Source of the DNA: Candidatus Nomurabacteria bacterium
GTDB taxonomy: Bacteria; Patescibacteriota; Minisyncoccia; Phycocordibacterales; UBA5272
Assembly: GCA_028286645.1 (NCBI GenBank)
Contig: JAQBRF010000004.1
Span: 205,192 to 269,191 of the forward strand
Reading direction: 5' to 3'
DNA length: 64,000 nt
Shown: positions 1 to 9,164 of the stretch, one piece after another
Layout: each line of letters begins with the position of its first letter
Position numbering within the stretch: position 1 is the stretch's first letter
The notes under the pieces: generated by a model
What the model saw: the letters and a program-made list of their open reading frames with translations, nothing else
Told to the model about the DNA's origin: nothing
The model's database searches: none
Position numbers and translations under genes: made by a program

Positions 1-52
1 TCTCTACATATCTCCGACTTGAAAGATGTCTCGCGAAATTTGGAGTGTCTAT

Positions 53-80
53 GACCGGTTGCGAGACCGGTCTTTTTATT
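53..80 (+). terminator. Rho-independent terminator of a gene outside the window
   Basis: GACCGGT-TGCGAG-ACCGGTC hairpin followed by TTTTTATT. Confidence 0.7.
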
Positions 81-130
81 GCATAACCTAATCGTCTGAA
101 TTTGTAAAATATGGTAGTATTATGCTACAA

Positions 131-211
131 AGTTTCAGGTTTCCAGTTTAAGTTTCAAGAATTTTTCTCTGCGCCCCTTCTAGAAACTAATAACTAGAAA
201 CTAACAACTAG
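131..211. repeat. Inverted pair of 7-bp-period arrays in the tRNA leader
   Basis: AGTTTCA/GGTTTCC/AGTTT(A)/AGTTTCA at 131-158 faces TAGAAAC/TAATAAC/TAGAAAC/TAACAAC at 181-208. Confidence 0.6.
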
Positions 212-216
212 TGTAT

Positions 217-287
217 TGGGGTGTCGTCTAATGGTAGGACATCAGGTTTTGGTCCTGAGTATCGAGGTTCGAGTCCTTGCACCCCAG
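217..287 (+). tRNA. tRNA-Gln (anticodon TTG)
   Basis: Acceptor TGGGGTG/CACCCCA; anticodon arm TCAGG-TTTTGGT-CCTGA; T-loop GGTTCGAGTCC; CCA not encoded. Confidence 0.95.
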
Positions 288-374
288 CAAGTTTTCTAAA
301 TCAGCTTTTTTACTTGTTTTAGCAATCAAAGAATACATATTCCCCCACATGCGGGGAAAGGTTGCTTAAATACG

Positions 375-1238
375 TTAATTTTCATATAGCTGTGTGTCTA
401 AACCTCTCTTTCTTATTTCATCTATGAATAAATTGCTGTTTATGACCTTAAAAGCCACTCCAGGACGTACAAAGGTATTCTTATGGGGTTTCTTGCCTGT
501 GACTTTTCTTCTCTTACTCCACGACCTTTTTTGAGCTTCAAACCATCTTTTTAATGGCCTCATTTGTTTTTTAAGTTGCCTGATATCTTCCATGTTTCCA
601 TAGAACTTCTTAATGGTGCAATTTAGTAAATTGCGAGAAGACCCCCAGAATCTACCAACATTTTGATATTCAAGAGGAACAAGTTTTTGATCTTGTTTGC
701 TAAGATAATTTGCAAAGTATTTTGCCATCCTATCTTTACTTCTTATTTTCTCTACATGTACACCTCTTTTAAGATGTTTTATATCTCCAGATGCAACAAT
801 CTTAAACCACATTTTAGATAGTTCTTCTATTTTAATTTCCTTGTTAATAAGCATATGAAAATGCGGAGCTCCTCTTCCTTGAAACTCTAAAACCCAAATG
901 AATTTATATCCATAATAATTTAACCTCATTCTAAGTTTATGAAAGTGCTTTTTTACAATAAGACCATCATTGGGGAACTCTTTAGGATATGTAAGGCCTA
1001 CTTCATAAGCCATTACATCTCCTGCATTTCTTAGTAAGAATCTTAAGCGCTTAATTGAACCAAAGGAAAACTTTCTTATATTACCTCTAGCCTTTCTTTT
1101 AAAATTTCTAGGCATGAAATTATTACTTGAAACATGAAAATCTTTAGGAAAGACTTTTACTGTTAATACATTTTCATCATCTCTATTTTTTGGTATCCAT
1201 TTTTGGATAATCTGATCTTTTTCATCAACTTCATACAC
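375..1238 (-). CDS. HUH-superfamily rolling-circle replication initiator (Rep)
   Basis: Motif I LTYP, motif II EFQGRGAPHFHMLI, motif III YFANYLSK; likely GTG start at 1238 after GGGAGG, coupled to the upstream ORF stop. Confidence 0.8.
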   Translation of the reverse strand: MYEVDEKDQIIQKWIPKNRDDENVLTVKVFPKDFHVSSNNFMPRNFKRKARGNIRKFSFGSIKRLRFLLRNAGDVMAYEVGLTYPKEFPNDGLIVKKHFHKLRMRLNYYGYKFIWVLEFQGRGAPHFHMLINKEIKIEELSKMWFKIVASGDIKHLKRGVHVEKIRSKDRMAKYFANYLSKQDQKLVPLEYQNVGRFWGSSRNLLNCTIKKFYGNMEDIRQLKKQMRPLKRWFEAQKRSWSKRRKVTGKKPHKNTFVRPGVAFKVINSNLFIDEIRKRGLDTQLYEN

Positions 1239-1431
1239 CCTCCCTAAGCGAGTTAGGTAGCTCTTCTTTTTTATTATCATCAGTTTGTAGAAACTCAATG
1301 AAAGAACCATGAAGATCAGCAAGAGAGTCTAAATACTCTATTGCTGTGTCATGGGAAATATCTTGTTGATACTTTTCTTTGAAGTATCTAACAATCCTTT
1401 CAATTAAGGTTGTGGGGTATTGAAATTCCAC
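1231..1431 (-). CDS. Small helical protein upstream of Rep
   Basis: 66-aa ORF with GTG start; stop overlaps the Rep start. Confidence 0.65.
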   Translation of the reverse strand: MEFQYPTTLIERIVRYFKEKYQQDISHDTAIEYLDSLADLHGSFIEFLQTDDNKKEELPNSLREGV

Positions 1432-1783
1432 CTAATTAGTAATTAGGTACAGAAAGATTTGTTATGCAAAAGAAATAACCACTTTAATGGTTATTTCTTT
1501 ATTTTGGACACATTTATTTGAGTATGTATTAGTAATCCCTGCTCATTAGGGATTTATTATTATGGTTACCAGAGCCTTTGATGTATTTTTTTATATATTG
1601 TTGCGGAGTGTTATGTATTTCGGCTTTCCGCTTTTTACTGGATTTATATTATTTAGAGCTTATTCGTGTCTCTACATCAAAGGGCTTTTTGTACTATCTC
1701 TAGTAGTACACTCATTTTTCCATGGTGTCAATTACCAAAAAACGATGGTAGAGCTCTCTAAATAAGAGTAAAATTATAACAAT

Positions 1784-2353
1784 ATGTCAAAAATACCACC
1801 AGAAAAGCTAGCTAATTTTAAGATATACAGAGATCATATAAATAAAATTGGTAACTCAATGCCGATGATTTTTCAAACTCTAGGGAAAAATATTCATAGT
1901 ACACAGAAATATAGATTTATACTTACCATAATTATGGGTACTGAGGTTATTAAAATTAAATTGAGAGGTCTAATTATATTAGATGATTATATTAATGAAC
2001 TGAGATGGTACTTAGAAAAGTTTGGGAACTATGAAATTAAAAAAATGAATGAGTACGCTTTAAAAAGTTATGGTCAAACTTTAAATGAGTTTAATGAAAG
2101 GTATAATCTAGAGAAAAATGATAATAATCTATATAAAAAGTTGTACAATCTTAATAAAAGACGCAACGATACAGTACATAATGCTGTAATAAAATATGAA
2201 GGTGATATACAAAAGGCTGATGAAGAGATAAGACCTTATATATTAACTCAGGCATTAGATGATATTCAAAAAACATTAACTAACATGATTAATTTAAGGG
2301 CTGCAACTCTAGGCGAAGTAGAAAAAGAATTAAGAGAAAAAGGGCTATTTTAA
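1784..2353 (+). CDS. Putative HEPN-domain protein
   Basis: Helical 189-aa ORF with R-x4-H motif RNDTVH. Confidence 0.55.
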   Translation: MSKIPPEKLANFKIYRDHINKIGNSMPMIFQTLGKNIHSTQKYRFILTIIMGTEVIKIKLRGLIILDDYINELRWYLEKFGNYEIKKMNEYALKSYGQTLNEFNERYNLEKNDNNLYKKLYNLNKRRNDTVHNAVIKYEGDIQKADEEIRPYILTQALDDIQKTLTNMINLRAATLGEVEKELREKGLF

Positions 2354-2441
2354 TTATAAAAAAATGAGTCTGCTAAGCCAATTTCTAAAACTTAAAGAGT
2401 ATTAATTGACTGTTTAATTAATCAAGCATAGAATCCACAGA

Positions 2442-3062
2442 ATGACAGCTGAAGCAATAATTGTTCAACAAATAGTTGACATAAACAACTTTCTAAAGTT
2501 ACTTGTTTCAGAGTCTTATCAAAGTTGGTGGATAAATCACGGACTAGAATTTTTTGGAATACTAGTTACAGTATTTATAAGCATAAGATTACATTTTATG
2601 TCAAAAAGGCTTTCAGCTAAAGATAAGTTCGAACATGAAAAAGAAATAATGAAAGAAATTTCTAAAATACCTCTCTATCAAAGCATTGTTTTATCAGATG
2701 TAAAAAAATATACACCATTTCGTACTGACTATTCCAATCAGACTTATTATAAACAAGGTGCGGAATTATATACATGTATCCCAGAATTTGGTGTTCAGGT
2801 TATATTAATGCCCAGAAATAATGATGAAATCCCTGTAGGCTTAATACCTTTTGATTGGATAGAGATAATTCGTGAACATGATAGTGAAGATAATAAACCA
2901 ATAATTGTTTGTAAATTTAAAGGGGTTAGATGGCATAAAAATTTTAAATCACCTTTTAAAGAAATAAATTATCTCTTTAAGAACAATGATTACCAAGAAG
3001 GCCATGACCCGAAGTTTTTAATGTACACGACGGTTCGAAACTCTACGGGGACTAATAATTGA
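2442..3062 (+). CDS. Hypothetical protein with N-terminal TM helix
   Basis: 206-aa ORF; TAGAAT 7 nt before ATG; hydrophobic FFGILVTVFISI. Confidence 0.7.
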   Translation: MTAEAIIVQQIVDINNFLKLLVSESYQSWWINHGLEFFGILVTVFISIRLHFMSKRLSAKDKFEHEKEIMKEISKIPLYQSIVLSDVKKYTPFRTDYSNQTYYKQGAELYTCIPEFGVQVILMPRNNDEIPVGLIPFDWIEIIREHDSEDNKPIIVCKFKGVRWHKNFKSPFKEINYLFKNNDYQEGHDPKFLMYTTVRNSTGTNN

Positions 3063-3158
3063 AATTGACAAAAATAGTGCCTTACCCTCATTAGGTTAAT
3101 CTAGAGATTATTAACTATTTCTAGTCAGATATCATTCTATAATGCTAGGCGGAATAGC

Positions 3159-3186
3159 TTGACATATTGCTAAAGTGTGCTATACT
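3159..3186 (+). promoter_or_regulatory. Sigma70-type promoter
   Basis: TTGACA-16nt-TATACT with extended TG. Confidence 0.75.
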
Positions 3187-3237
3187 CAGGTCAGTAACTG
3201 AATTGGCACATTGTTGTATTCCACCAGGAGAGTTGAA

Positions 3238-3543
3238 ATGAAAATCAAAGACAAGATGGCGAAAGCACTCTTCGATCGCGGTCTTTTCGAAGAACAAGCT
3301 GAAGCAGTGCTGAAGCAGTACGTCGAAAGCGATCTCGGCAAAGAGATGGCAAACCGCATGGAGGACGACGAGTCGGACTACCCTCCAACCATGATGACGA
3401 TCGTGGGGATGGGCGTGAAGCAGACGGCACTCGAGTGGATCGATGCGAACTGTCCGAAACACTGGGCACGTCCGCTATTCATGGACGCACCTGCGGACTT
3501 CCAGCAAGCCTTGAAGGGAGCCGAAACTCCATCCAACAAGTAA
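3238..3543 (+). CDS. GC-rich hypothetical protein (solo unit)
   Basis: SD AGGAG before ATG 3238; own promoter and terminator. Confidence 0.8.
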   Translation: MKIKDKMAKALFDRGLFEEQAEAVLKQYVESDLGKEMANRMEDDESDYPPTMMTIVGMGVKQTALEWIDANCPKHWARPLFMDAPADFQQALKGAETPSNK

Positions 3544-3549
3544 TCAACC

Positions 3550-3590
3550 CCGCTCGACAGACACCGCGTCTGCTCGAGCGGTTTCTTTTT
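3550..3590 (+). terminator. Rho-independent terminator
   Basis: CCGCTCGA...TCGAGCGG then TTTCTTTTT. Confidence 0.8.
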
Positions 3591-3739
3591 ATATAAAAGT
3601 ATGAATATTTATTCTGTGACGTAATAATTCCGTTCGGATATCGTCCCACAATGCCAGCTAGTTGACAGCTATACAGTTATATGTTATAACGCCACTTAAG
3701 ATGGCATTTTCGCCATATTAACCTGATGGGAGGTGTAGC

Positions 3740-4159
3740 ATGCACCGTTTACTGATTGTTGTGATTATGGGTGCTCTTATGGGTTGCGGCGACAAGCTGA
3801 CACCCACCGAAGAGCAGGTGAAGAAAGTGGAGATCTGGGAAAAGGAACTAAGGCAAGCCCCAGCCTACTCCCTGATCGAATTCACCGTCGATGTACCCAT
3901 TCCCGCGCACGGAGGTACCACACGCTTCGCGCTCCTCTGCACGCAGATCCGTGGCGACAAAGAGCTCGTGTACGCGCTCGTAAGTCATCACACTTACTGC
4001 GGAAACGCATCCCGCGTGAGTATCAGGGAAACGGCGGAGAAGATGAAGGAACTCACTCTTCCCCAGGAGCCAAACTACAATATAAGGCTTCCGATGGTGA
4101 TCAAAGACGCAATCGGACTGGAGGCGTGGCTGAAAGGTCATTCCGAAGCCTACAAGTAG
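3740..4159 (+). CDS. GC-rich putative lipoprotein (solo unit)
   Basis: Signal peptide with lipobox-like LMGC; SD GGGAGGT; TTGACA-17-TATAAC at 3662-3690; terminator at ~4174-4204. Confidence 0.75.
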   Translation: MHRLLIVVIMGALMGCGDKLTPTEEQVKKVEIWEKELRQAPAYSLIEFTVDVPIPAHGGTTRFALLCTQIRGDKELVYALVSHHTYCGNASRVSIRETAEKMKELTLPQEPNYNIRLPMVIKDAIGLEAWLKGHSEAYK

Positions 4160-4211
4160 AACAACAAGCGACCTCAACCAATAGAAGTTGAGGCGTTTTC
4201 TTTTATCAAAA

Positions 4212-4245
4212 AGGTTCCAATAGCGTCACCTAAAGGTACTGCTAA
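4212..4245. repeat. 34-bp direct repeat, copy 1
   Basis: AGGTTCCAATAGCGTCACCTAAAGGTACTGCTAA, identical at 4842-4875. Confidence 0.95.
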
Positions 4246-4264
4246 AGTTTGATACAATTAAATA

Positions 4265-4843
4265 ATGTCAGATAAATGGAAAGAATATTTTGAGAAAACC
4301 AAAGATGCAAAGCCTAGATCTTTGCTTGTAAAGGCACAGGAGCTGGTTAAACAAAAAAATAACGCTCTTGATCTTGGTTCTGGAGCACTTAATGATGTAA
4401 GATATCTTTTATCTTTAGATTTTAAACATATAGTTGCTGTAGATAAAACCTCTATTGAAAAAGATATTCTAGAACACTTTCTGTCTCCTAGACTATCGTA
4501 TGTAATTTCTAGATTTGAAGATTTCACTTTTGTAGAAAATAACTTTGACCTTATAAATGCTCAGTACTCTTTACCTTTTATACAGAAGAAAGATTTTGAT
4601 AAAGTTTTTAAGGAAATTGTAAATTCATTAAAAATTGGGGGTATTTTCACTGGTCAGTTATTTGGAACAAAAGATGGATGGAATACAGATAGATTAGATA
4701 TGACTTTTCATACCGCAGATGAAGCCAAAAAGTTATTCTCAGGAATAAAGCTTATTGAATTCAGAGAAGAGGAAAATGACAAGCCTACAGCTTTGGGAGA
4801 ACCTAAACATTGGCATGTATTTCACTTTATTGCTGAAAAATAG
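4265..4843 (+). CDS. Class I SAM-dependent methyltransferase (TehB-like)
   Basis: ALDLGSG motif I; FDLINAQYSLPF. Confidence 0.85.
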   Translation: MSDKWKEYFEKTKDAKPRSLLVKAQELVKQKNNALDLGSGALNDVRYLLSLDFKHIVAVDKTSIEKDILEHFLSPRLSYVISRFEDFTFVENNFDLINAQYSLPFIQKKDFDKVFKEIVNSLKIGGIFTGQLFGTKDGWNTDRLDMTFHTADEAKKLFSGIKLIEFREEENDKPTALGEPKHWHVFHFIAEK

Positions 4844-4875
4844 GTTCCAATAGCGTCACCTAAAGGTACTGCTAA
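4842..4875. repeat. 34-bp direct repeat, copy 2
   Basis: Identical to 4212-4245; overlaps the TAG stop of the methyltransferase. Confidence 0.95.
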
Positions 4876-5045
4876 TTTTAACAAATTGATTACAATTTAA
4901 AAAATTATGGAGCCCACAGCCCCAGTCGCCTATATTTTTAAAGAGCACGCAGGTGCAACTATAGAAAATAAAGCGTCCTGTAACACAGTAGTGCGGTAGG
5001 ATAGGTTGTTCACCCACGATAGTTATGTTGGTATACTAAAAACAT

Positions 5046-5333
5046 ATGGAACAAAGTCCGATAAGTAATCAAGAACTAAACAGAGCCCCAAAACATTCTC
5101 AAATGGTGATAATGCAAAATCTTTTATACTAGCTTTTTGGAAAGCTGTAGCTCCAGATATTGAAAAAAGGTTAGAAAAAAACCGCTAGAGAATTATATGG
5201 GTGAACGTACTTGGGGTAAGGATCGCGTTATCTTGAATGAAGAAGATGGGGTATATACCCTCACTATTTATTCAAATAGCAATGATAATACTTTATCTCA
5301 AAAAGCTGTTGAGTTTTTAAAAACTAGAGTTTA
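5046..5333 (+). pseudogene. Probable degraded gene
   Basis: TATACT then ATG (MEQSPISNQELNR...) with an early stop; coding-like sequence continues in shifted frames. Confidence 0.4.
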
Positions 5334-5350
5334 GGTATTTATGTAAATTT

Positions 5351-5376
5351 GTTCCAACAGCGTCATTTAAGGGACT
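5351..5376. repeat. Degenerate third copy of the 34-bp repeat
   Basis: GTTCCAACAGCGTCATTTAAGGGACT versus GTTCCAATAGCGTCACCTAAAGGTACT. Confidence 0.7.
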
Positions 5377-5461
5377 CCAATTTCTTATAGAATAAAATAT
5401 TTTTAAAATATTAAAAATTAGAAAGCTAGAATGTATGCATTAAAAATGGTACTGTGAATGT

Positions 5462-6031
5462 ATGAGAAAACTCGTATTGTTCTTACATCAATCACTCGAT
5501 GGATATTGCGCCACTAAGGACGGCGGATTGGACTGGATTCCATATAACGAAGCATTTGAAAAATATGCAGAAAAGATGGTGCAAACTGTAGGCTTGCCTT
5601 TGTATGGACGAGTGACGTATGAAATGATGAAAAGTTATTGGCCAACAGCACTCAACAATCCATCAGCATCAAAACATGATCAAGAACATGCCGCATGGAT
5701 TGAAAATGTCGAGAAAATTGTATTCTCCACTACCCTCATAAAAGAAGATTGGCATAACACACGAGTGATAAGTAGCAACGTAGAAGAAGAAGTAAAAAAG
5801 CTTAAAGAAGGAGAAGGAAAAGATTTAGTAATTTTTGGCAGCCCAACTCTTGCTCGTTCACTTATGAAAATGAATCTTATTGACGAATTTAATTTTACCG
5901 TAAGCCCTGTCATATTAGGAGACGGCCTAACTTTTATTAGAGGTATTGAGGAGAGAGTCAATCTTGAGCTCATCAGTTCTGAACAAATTGAAGGTGGAAT
6001 AGTTGCGCTTCACTATAAAGTTGTAAGGTAG
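5462..6031 (+). CDS. Dihydrofolate reductase / RibD C-terminal family protein
   Basis: SLDGY, GRVTY, GSPTLARSL, LIDEF motifs. Confidence 0.9.
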   Translation: MRKLVLFLHQSLDGYCATKDGGLDWIPYNEAFEKYAEKMVQTVGLPLYGRVTYEMMKSYWPTALNNPSASKHDQEHAAWIENVEKIVFSTTLIKEDWHNTRVISSNVEEEVKKLKEGEGKDLVIFGSPTLARSLMKMNLIDEFNFTVSPVILGDGLTFIRGIEERVNLELISSEQIEGGIVALHYKVVR

Positions 6032-6065
6032 ATAGTTAAAAAGTTTATATAATACAATTATATTT

Positions 6066-6494
6066 ATGACAACAATAAACCCTTGGATTAATTTTAATGG
6101 CAACGCAGAAGATGCGTTTAACTTTTATAAATCTGTTTTTGGTGGAGAGTTTGGAAATGTGATTCGCTTCAAAGATCTTGCGGGTCCCAACTTCCCCGTT
6201 TCTGAAAAAGACGAGAACAAAATTATGCAGATTACTTTGCGTCTTGATAATGGAAATATGTTAATAGGAAATGATGTACCGGAATTTATGGGAAAAGTAA
6301 ATGAGCAGGAAAATAGAAGCAAAATTCACATAGGCGTAGATAGCAAAGAAAAAGCTGAAAAAATATTTAACGAACTTTCTCTCGGAGGGCAAGTAGCTGG
6401 ACCAATTGGTGATAGTCCCTGGGGAACATACGGTGGAATGTTTCGAGACAAATACGGCATCGAATGGATTGTGGAATTTAATGCGAATAAATAA
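6066..6494 (+). CDS. VOC family protein (PhnB-like)
   Basis: INPWINFNGNAEDAFNFY; DKYGIEW. Confidence 0.9.
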   Translation: MTTINPWINFNGNAEDAFNFYKSVFGGEFGNVIRFKDLAGPNFPVSEKDENKIMQITLRLDNGNMLIGNDVPEFMGKVNEQENRSKIHIGVDSKEKAEKIFNELSLGGQVAGPIGDSPWGTYGGMFRDKYGIEWIVEFNANK

Positions 6495-6536
6495 AGTAAA
6501 TAGACTTTATCGTTTTCCTGCAACTTCAATAAAACA

Positions 6537-6884
6537 ATGAAAAAAGAAAATCTGTACGCCACAAGCTTCTCTAAGGTTTATCCATATTATATTGCGAAAG
6601 CGGAGAGGAAAGGGCGTACGAAGGCTGAAGTAGACGAAATCATACGCTGGCTTACTGGGTACACTCACAAGCAATTTGAAAAGCATTTATCGATGGGAAC
6701 TAATTTTGAGAATTTTTATATGAAAGCCAAGAAACTTAATCCCAAAAGGAAATTGATTAAAGGAATGGTTTGCGGTATTCGAGTGGAAGAAATCAAAGAT
6801 CCGATTATGCGTGAAATCCGTCATTTAGATAAATTAATTGATGAATTGGCGAAAGGAAAGACAATGGATAATATTTTGCCCTAA
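6537..6884 (+). CDS. DUF2200 family protein
   Basis: [22 protein letters not shown]; [12 protein letters not shown]. Confidence 0.85.
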   Translation: MKKENLYATSFSKVYPYYIAKAERKGRTKAEVDEIIRWLTGYTHKQFEKHLSMGTNFENFYMKAKKLNPKRKLIKGMVCGIRVEEIKDPIMREIRHLDKLIDELAKGKTMDNILP

Positions 6885-6903
6885 GATACAAACCTGAATC
6901 CGC

Positions 6904-7380
6904 CTATCCCCTTCTTGCTGCTTCAATAGCAGCTACATCTATTTTCTTCATTTTCATCATTGCTTCAAAAGCACGCTTTGCTTCATCTCCACCAGAAGCC
7001 ATGGCTTCCGTTAGCGTACGCGGAGTGATCTGCCATGAAATCCCCCATTTATCTTGACACCAACCGCACTGGCTCTCCTTTCCGCCATTTCCAACTATCG
7101 CATTCCAGTAACGATCTGTTTCTTCCTGGTCCTCAGTTGCAATCTGAAAGGAAAATGCTTGAGTCCGCTCAAAGTGAGGCCCTCCATTAACACCAACACA
7201 CGGAATTCCGCAAACATTAAATTCTACAGTAAGAACATTACCCTCTTTTCCATCTGGATAATCACTGGGCGCATTATGAATAGCGGTTACAGAGCTTTCA
7301 GGAAAAGTAGCTGCGTAAAAGCTAGCCGCACCTTCGGCATCTTTATCGAACATAAGACAAACTGTATTTTTTGGTATCAT
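6904..7380 (-). CDS. VOC family protein (3-demethylubiquinone-9 methyltransferase-like domain)
   Basis: QEETDRYWNAI; QCGWCQDKWGISWQI. Confidence 0.9.
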   Translation of the reverse strand: MIPKNTVCLMFDKDAEGAASFYAATFPESSVTAIHNAPSDYPDGKEGNVLTVEFNVCGIPCVGVNGGPHFERTQAFSFQIATEDQEETDRYWNAIVGNGGKESQCGWCQDKWGISWQITPRTLTEAMASGGDEAKRAFEAMMKMKKIDVAAIEAARRG

Positions 7381-7593
7381 ATTTTTGTGTAGTTTATTTT
7401 ACCAAATCTTTCCATATAGTAGAAATAGTACTATTTAAATAAACTCTTACTAACTCCGCTCGTATTTTTTAGTATAATTGATTTTATATTAAGGTTAATT
7501 TCCAATCCTGTTCTTGAGATGAAATGAGTCGAATAGATCCACTCAATCTAGGAAATTAGCAGCCAATATCCCCTATTGTGTTAAAATTAGACC

Positions 7594-7893
7594 ATGAATA
7601 AAACATTTACTGTCATATTAAATTTTTCTGATCATCTTATCGGAATTGAGCAGTATGAAAAAGGATCGCCTATAGAGGCATTAAAGGAATTCATAACCTC
7701 AGCAGAGGCTCTTAATGGATATGATCGTGAGCTTTTAACTGAATCTATAATGCCGCTTCTGCAAGGTGCAAAATATAAAGGGGTGTGGATGTTTCATTTT
7801 AAGCCTGAGTTAGATCTTTCGGGCGAAGATGATAATCAAGTTCTGGGTGGTACGATAGTCCAGACTGATCCAGAGGCCTTAACTAGAACTTAA
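7594..7893 (+). CDS. Hypothetical protein
   Basis: 99-aa ORF; TAAAAT 6 nt before ATG. Confidence 0.65.
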   Translation: MNKTFTVILNFSDHLIGIEQYEKGSPIEALKEFITSAEALNGYDRELLTESIMPLLQGAKYKGVWMFHFKPELDLSGEDDNQVLGGTIVQTDPEALTRT

Positions 7894-7987
7894 ATTTAAA
7901 AATTTTAACTTATATGACTTTTAATTTATCTTTCTTTATGTTCCAAAATATCCCCCGGCTGGCAATCAAGAACCCTACAATATTTAT

Positions 7988-8257
7988 ATGAAAAACAACA
8001 TTTTTATTCGTCCTGTTATTGTAACTGCCATTATTTTGGTTATACCCTTATTAGCAAGATTTCCTTGGACATTGAGTGACTTTATAATTATGGGTGCTCT
8101 CATTTTGGTGGTGGGTCTTATATGGGAGACAATTTTAAGGAAAGTAAAAGATAGTATGAAACGCATTTATTTCATCGCATTGCTTGTGGTTGTATTTATT
8201 CTTGTTTGGGCAGAACTTGCAGTAGGAATATTCGGATCCCCTTTTGCTGGAAGCTAA
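7988..8257 (+). CDS. Small membrane protein
   Basis: Three TM segments; WAELAVGIFGSPFAGS ending. Confidence 0.8.
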   Translation: MKNNIFIRPVIVTAIILVIPLLARFPWTLSDFIIMGALILVVGLIWETILRKVKDSMKRIYFIALLVVVFILVWAELAVGIFGSPFAGS

Positions 8258-8393
8258 GATAAAAGGATAGTCCATGAGTCTTAATATAGTTTAATCTTCC
8301 TCGTCAGATTTACCAGATGCTTTAAATATAGCATTACCTAATTTCTTAATTTATACACTAAATAGACGATGATCTGTATGCTATAGTTCCTCT

Positions 8394-9164
8394 ATGAATG
8401 AAATATTTAGCTTCATCTCTCACTATATTTATGTTTATATCTGGGTTATATTTACGACCTTTATAAATATAATTGCTCCGGTGTCGGGGTCCGCTGTTGT
8501 AACTCCGGTCATTGCTTATGCTACTTCTCCGCAAAGAGCCGTTGGAATAGCTGCCTTCTTGTTTTTTCTTTCGGCAATCCACCGTATACATATGTTTAGA
8601 AAAAATATTCTTTCAGAAAAGAAAAATATTGACATAATTAAACATCTTCTGCCCTTTTCTATTGTCGGAGCAGTGGCGGGGGGATTCTTTGTGGCTTATG
8701 TAAATACGAAAGTTTTAGCAATCATAATCGTAGTCGTATCTTTATACTACATATTTAGAACACTTGTTGTTTTATACAAAAAGAACAATGAACAGAAAAA
8801 AACAAATAAATACGGAGGAATATTTATAGGTATTCTATCTGGATTCATGCAGGGCTCTGGTATGTCTGGAGGTGATATACGAGCAAATTATTTAAGATCT
8901 ATTGTCTCAGAAGTGAATGTGCGGGCAGTTAGCAGCGTCGTGGGGCTGGTTAATTTCTTTATCGCAGGAAGTATTTTGTTTTTACACAATAAGCTTACGA
9001 GGTTTGATATAATCTTTGTTATAAGTATATTCCCTTTTATTATTCTTGCGCAACTTTATGGAAAAAAGTTCTTGGATAAAATGAAAGACAGAAATGCAAA
9101 GATTTTAGCTATATGCTTATCAATATTTGGAATCGTGCTTCTTACTTATAAATACTTATTATGA
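8394..9164 (+). CDS. TauE/SafE-like membrane protein
   Basis: Multi-TM with glycine-rich repeats. Confidence 0.7.
   Translation: MNEIFSFISHYIYVYIWVIFTTFINIIAPVSGSAVVTPVIAYATSPQRAVGIAAFLFFLSAIHRIHMFRKNILSEKKNIDIIKHLLPFSIVGAVAGGFFVAYVNTKVLAIIIVVVSLYYIFRTLVVLYKKNNEQKKTNKYGGIFIGILSGFMQGSGMSGGDIRANYLRSIVSEVNVRAVSSVVGLVNFFIAGSILFLHNKLTRFDIIFVISIFPFIILAQLYGKKFLDKMKDRNAKILAICLSIFGIVLLTYKYLL

Noticed and set aside
1562-1765. 67-aa hydrophobic ORF
   Set aside because: T-rich sequence gives hydrophobic translation by chance; no recognisable family; left uncalled
3030-3055. GGTTCGAAAC as the att copy of tRNA-Gln
   Set aside because: Only the GGTTCGA heptamer matches; the acceptor-side sequence does not
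3620-3647. CGTAAT-16-CGTCCC as another ECF promoter
   Set aside because: Weaker match, and a consensus sigma70 promoter lies just downstream
4212-5376. 34-bp repeats as a CRISPR array or canonical integron attC sites
   Set aside because: Spacing is 500-630 bp with whole genes between; no cas or intI gene; no RYYYAAC/GTTRRRY box pair
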